Shown here: positions 63,500 to 64,000 of the stretch, one piece after another
Numbering within the stretch: position 1 is the stretch's first letter
Layout of the letters: each line of letters starts with the position of its first letter
Source: Squalus acanthias
Lineage: Eukaryota
Length of the DNA stretch: 64,000 nucleotides
Direction: 5' to 3'
Assembly (NCBI GenBank): GCA_030390025.1
Contig: CM059432.1
Location: 21,826,001 to 21,890,000, forward strand
The notes under the pieces: model-generated
Database searches by the model: none
Seen by the model: only the letters and a program-made list of their open reading frames with translations
Told to the model about the DNA's origin: nothing
Program-made: the position numbers and the translations under genes

Positions 63500-64000
63500 T
63501 TTAGTTTAAACCCTTCCCAACAGCACTAGCAAACACTCCCCCTCGGACATCGGTTCCGGTCCCGCCCAGGTGCAAACCGTCCAGTTTGTACTGGTCCTAC
63601 CTCCCCCAGAACCGGTTCCAATGTCCAAGGAATTTGAATCCCTCCCCCTTGCACCATTCCTCTAGCCACGTATTCATCTGAAATATCCTTCTATTTCTAC
63701 TCTGACTAGCACGTGGCACTGGTAGCAATCCTGAGATTACTACTTTTGAGGTCTTATTTTTTAATTTACCTCCTAACTTCCTATTTTCAGCTTTTCGGAC
63801 CTCATCCCATTTTTTACCAATATCGTTGGTACCTATATGCACCACGACAACTGGCTGTTCACCCTCCCCCTCCAGAATGCCCTGCAGCCGCCCTGAGACA
63901 TCCTTGTCCCTTGCACCAGGGAGGTAACATACCATCCTGGAGTCTCGTTTGTGGCCACAGGAACACCTATCTATTCCCCTTACAATAGAATCCCCTATCA
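63500..64000 (-). pseudogene. CR1 ORF1 SGNH esterase-like domain (partial)
   Basis: ORF 63597-63935: CYLPGA, VVVHIGTNDIG, VVISGLLP; an esterase-like ORF1 is established for CR1-clade elements. Confidence 0.8.

Larger units (their letters stand above)
60445..64000 (-). mobile_element. Long CR1 LINE with part of ORF1 and frameshifted ORF2 (runs off the window)
   Basis: Endonuclease NARS, GITETWL, GVVYRPP, MGDFN, SDH; RT motifs; 3'UTR at 60445-60530. Confidence 0.95.

Overview
Repeat-dense vertebrate DNA, most consistent with a cartilaginous fish (inferred from the SINE/CR1/Penelope families). No host protein-coding gene can be identified with confidence, and there is no prokaryotic content or CRISPR. 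The window is a nested mosaic of CR1, L2 and RTE LINE fragments, tRNA-derived SINEs, a solo LTR, PIF/Harbinger-type DNA elements with 3-bp TSDs (one with a three-exon Myb/SANT gene carrying a single premature stop), and Penelope-like elements (PLEs). The most notable signal is ten minimal hammerhead-ribozyme motifs in two PLE terminal-repeat families. Several sit in TSD-flanked fold-back insertions (a 30-38 bp tail plus a near-perfect hairpin, up to about 580 bp), and one hairpin appears to have collapsed via microhomology. PLE hammerheads and inverted termini are known classes; whether these families are undescribed needs a database search. Coordinates were read by eye, and the ends of old repeats are approximate.
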